Origin: Acutalibacteraceae bacterium | GTDB lineage: Bacteria > Bacillota > Clostridia > Oscillospirales > Acutalibacteraceae | DNA length: 64,000 nucleotides | Reading direction: 5' to 3' | Assembly: GCA_045589395.1 (NCBI GenBank) | Contig: JAZNOZ010000004.1 | Coordinates: 1,433 to 65,432, forward strand | In this document: positions 63,582 through 64,000 of the stretch, one piece after another | How positions within the stretch are numbered: the first letter of the stretch is position 1 | How the letters are laid out: the number at the start of each line of letters is the position of its first letter | The notes under the pieces: model-generated | What the model was told of the DNA's origin: nothing | The model's database searches: none | What the model saw: the letters and a program-made list of their open reading frames with translations, nothing else | Program-made: the position numbers and the translations under genes

Positions 63582-64000
63582 ATGAAAAGAGAAGAATTAA
63601 AAAATGTCACATTACCCGTTATACCCTTAAGAGGTATAGTGCTTTTTCCCGATATGACTCTGCATTTTGATATCGGAAGAAAGTCATCTCTTGCGGCTCT
63701 TAAGGCGGCAGGCGAAAAGGGAAGTAATATATTTTTTGTGACACAGATGGATATAAATACGGAAAGCCCCGATGTTGATGAGCTTTACAGTGTTGGTGTT
63801 GTGGGTAAAATCCGTCAGATAGTAAAGCTGCCCGACAGAGGCTCTACTGTAAGAGTTGTTGTTGAGGGCATACACAGGGGCAGAATAACAGAAGCTTTAC
63901 AGAAACGCCCCTACATAAAGGCAGAGGTTGAATATCTTGCCGATGATTTTTCTATGCCCGAGGACATAGCAGAGCCTAAGCTTATGCAGGAGGCCGCCTT
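63582..64000 (+). CDS. lon: Lon protease, N-terminal fragment (continues beyond the window)
   Basis: Hand-translated as [44 protein letters not shown]...[16 protein letters not shown].., the LON N-terminal substrate-binding domain. The ORF is open at the window edge, so it is absent from the ORF track. Confidence 0.85.
   Translation, partial: [139 protein letters not shown]

Noticed and set aside
54463-64000. lon is not directly downstream of clpX. It lies 7.8 kb away on the other strand, which could indicate an inversion, with the micro-ORFs occupying the usual lon position.
   Set aside because: tig-clpP-clpX-lon contiguity is common but not universal. There are no inverted repeats or mobile-element scars at the implied junctions, so I cannot support a rearrangement claim from this window alone.

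Overview
A 64-kb chromosomal segment from a moderately AT-rich Firmicute. The gene order looks Clostridia-like: ffs-dnaX-ybaB-recR, tig-clpP-clpX, smpB near ssrA, DUF1934-argS, rpmB, thrC, tldD-pmbA-lon. I can support about 56 protein genes, one tmRNA, one SRP RNA, several Rho-independent terminators and a few sigma-A-like promoters. I found no tRNA, rRNA, CRISPR array, transposase or prophage genes. Five things stand out from the housekeeping backbone. (1) At 11.4-22.1 kb there is an envelope block. A tightly packed minus-strand operon starts with alanine racemase and continues through a TagG/TagH-like ABC-2 exporter, two ATP-grasp ligases and a small nucleotidyltransferase. A convergent gene encodes a tandem ATP-grasp protein with one degenerate module, and a divergent gene encodes a CapA-LRR fusion. 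No glycosyltransferase lies in the window. This is my best candidate for an undescribed surface-polymer or amino-acid-ligation system. (2) At 53.8-54.4 kb, three paralogous micro-ORFs of 39-47 aa fall below the ORF-track cutoff. Each has a strong RBS, and they sit in two tidy promoter-terminator units. (3) Two arrays of short, sequence-variable hairpins (often with GAA/GNRA loops) are punctuated every 20-24 bp by a conserved A(C/T)ATCAC heptamer. One array appears to form the 5' leader of pre-tmRNA. (4) Two 275-bp structured repeats (about 94% identical by hand alignment) bracket a Gfo/Idh/MocA gene. Each repeat runs from the stop codon of one gene to 18 nt before the start codon of the next. 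Two further small dispersed repeat families are also present. (5) A TetR-controlled operon encodes a 996-aa surface protein with an internally duplicated unknown domain and a fused MacB-like ABC transporter. A third copy of that domain sits in a topologically mirrored paralog at 35.5 kb. All functional calls rest on motif recognition by eye, because no database search was possible.
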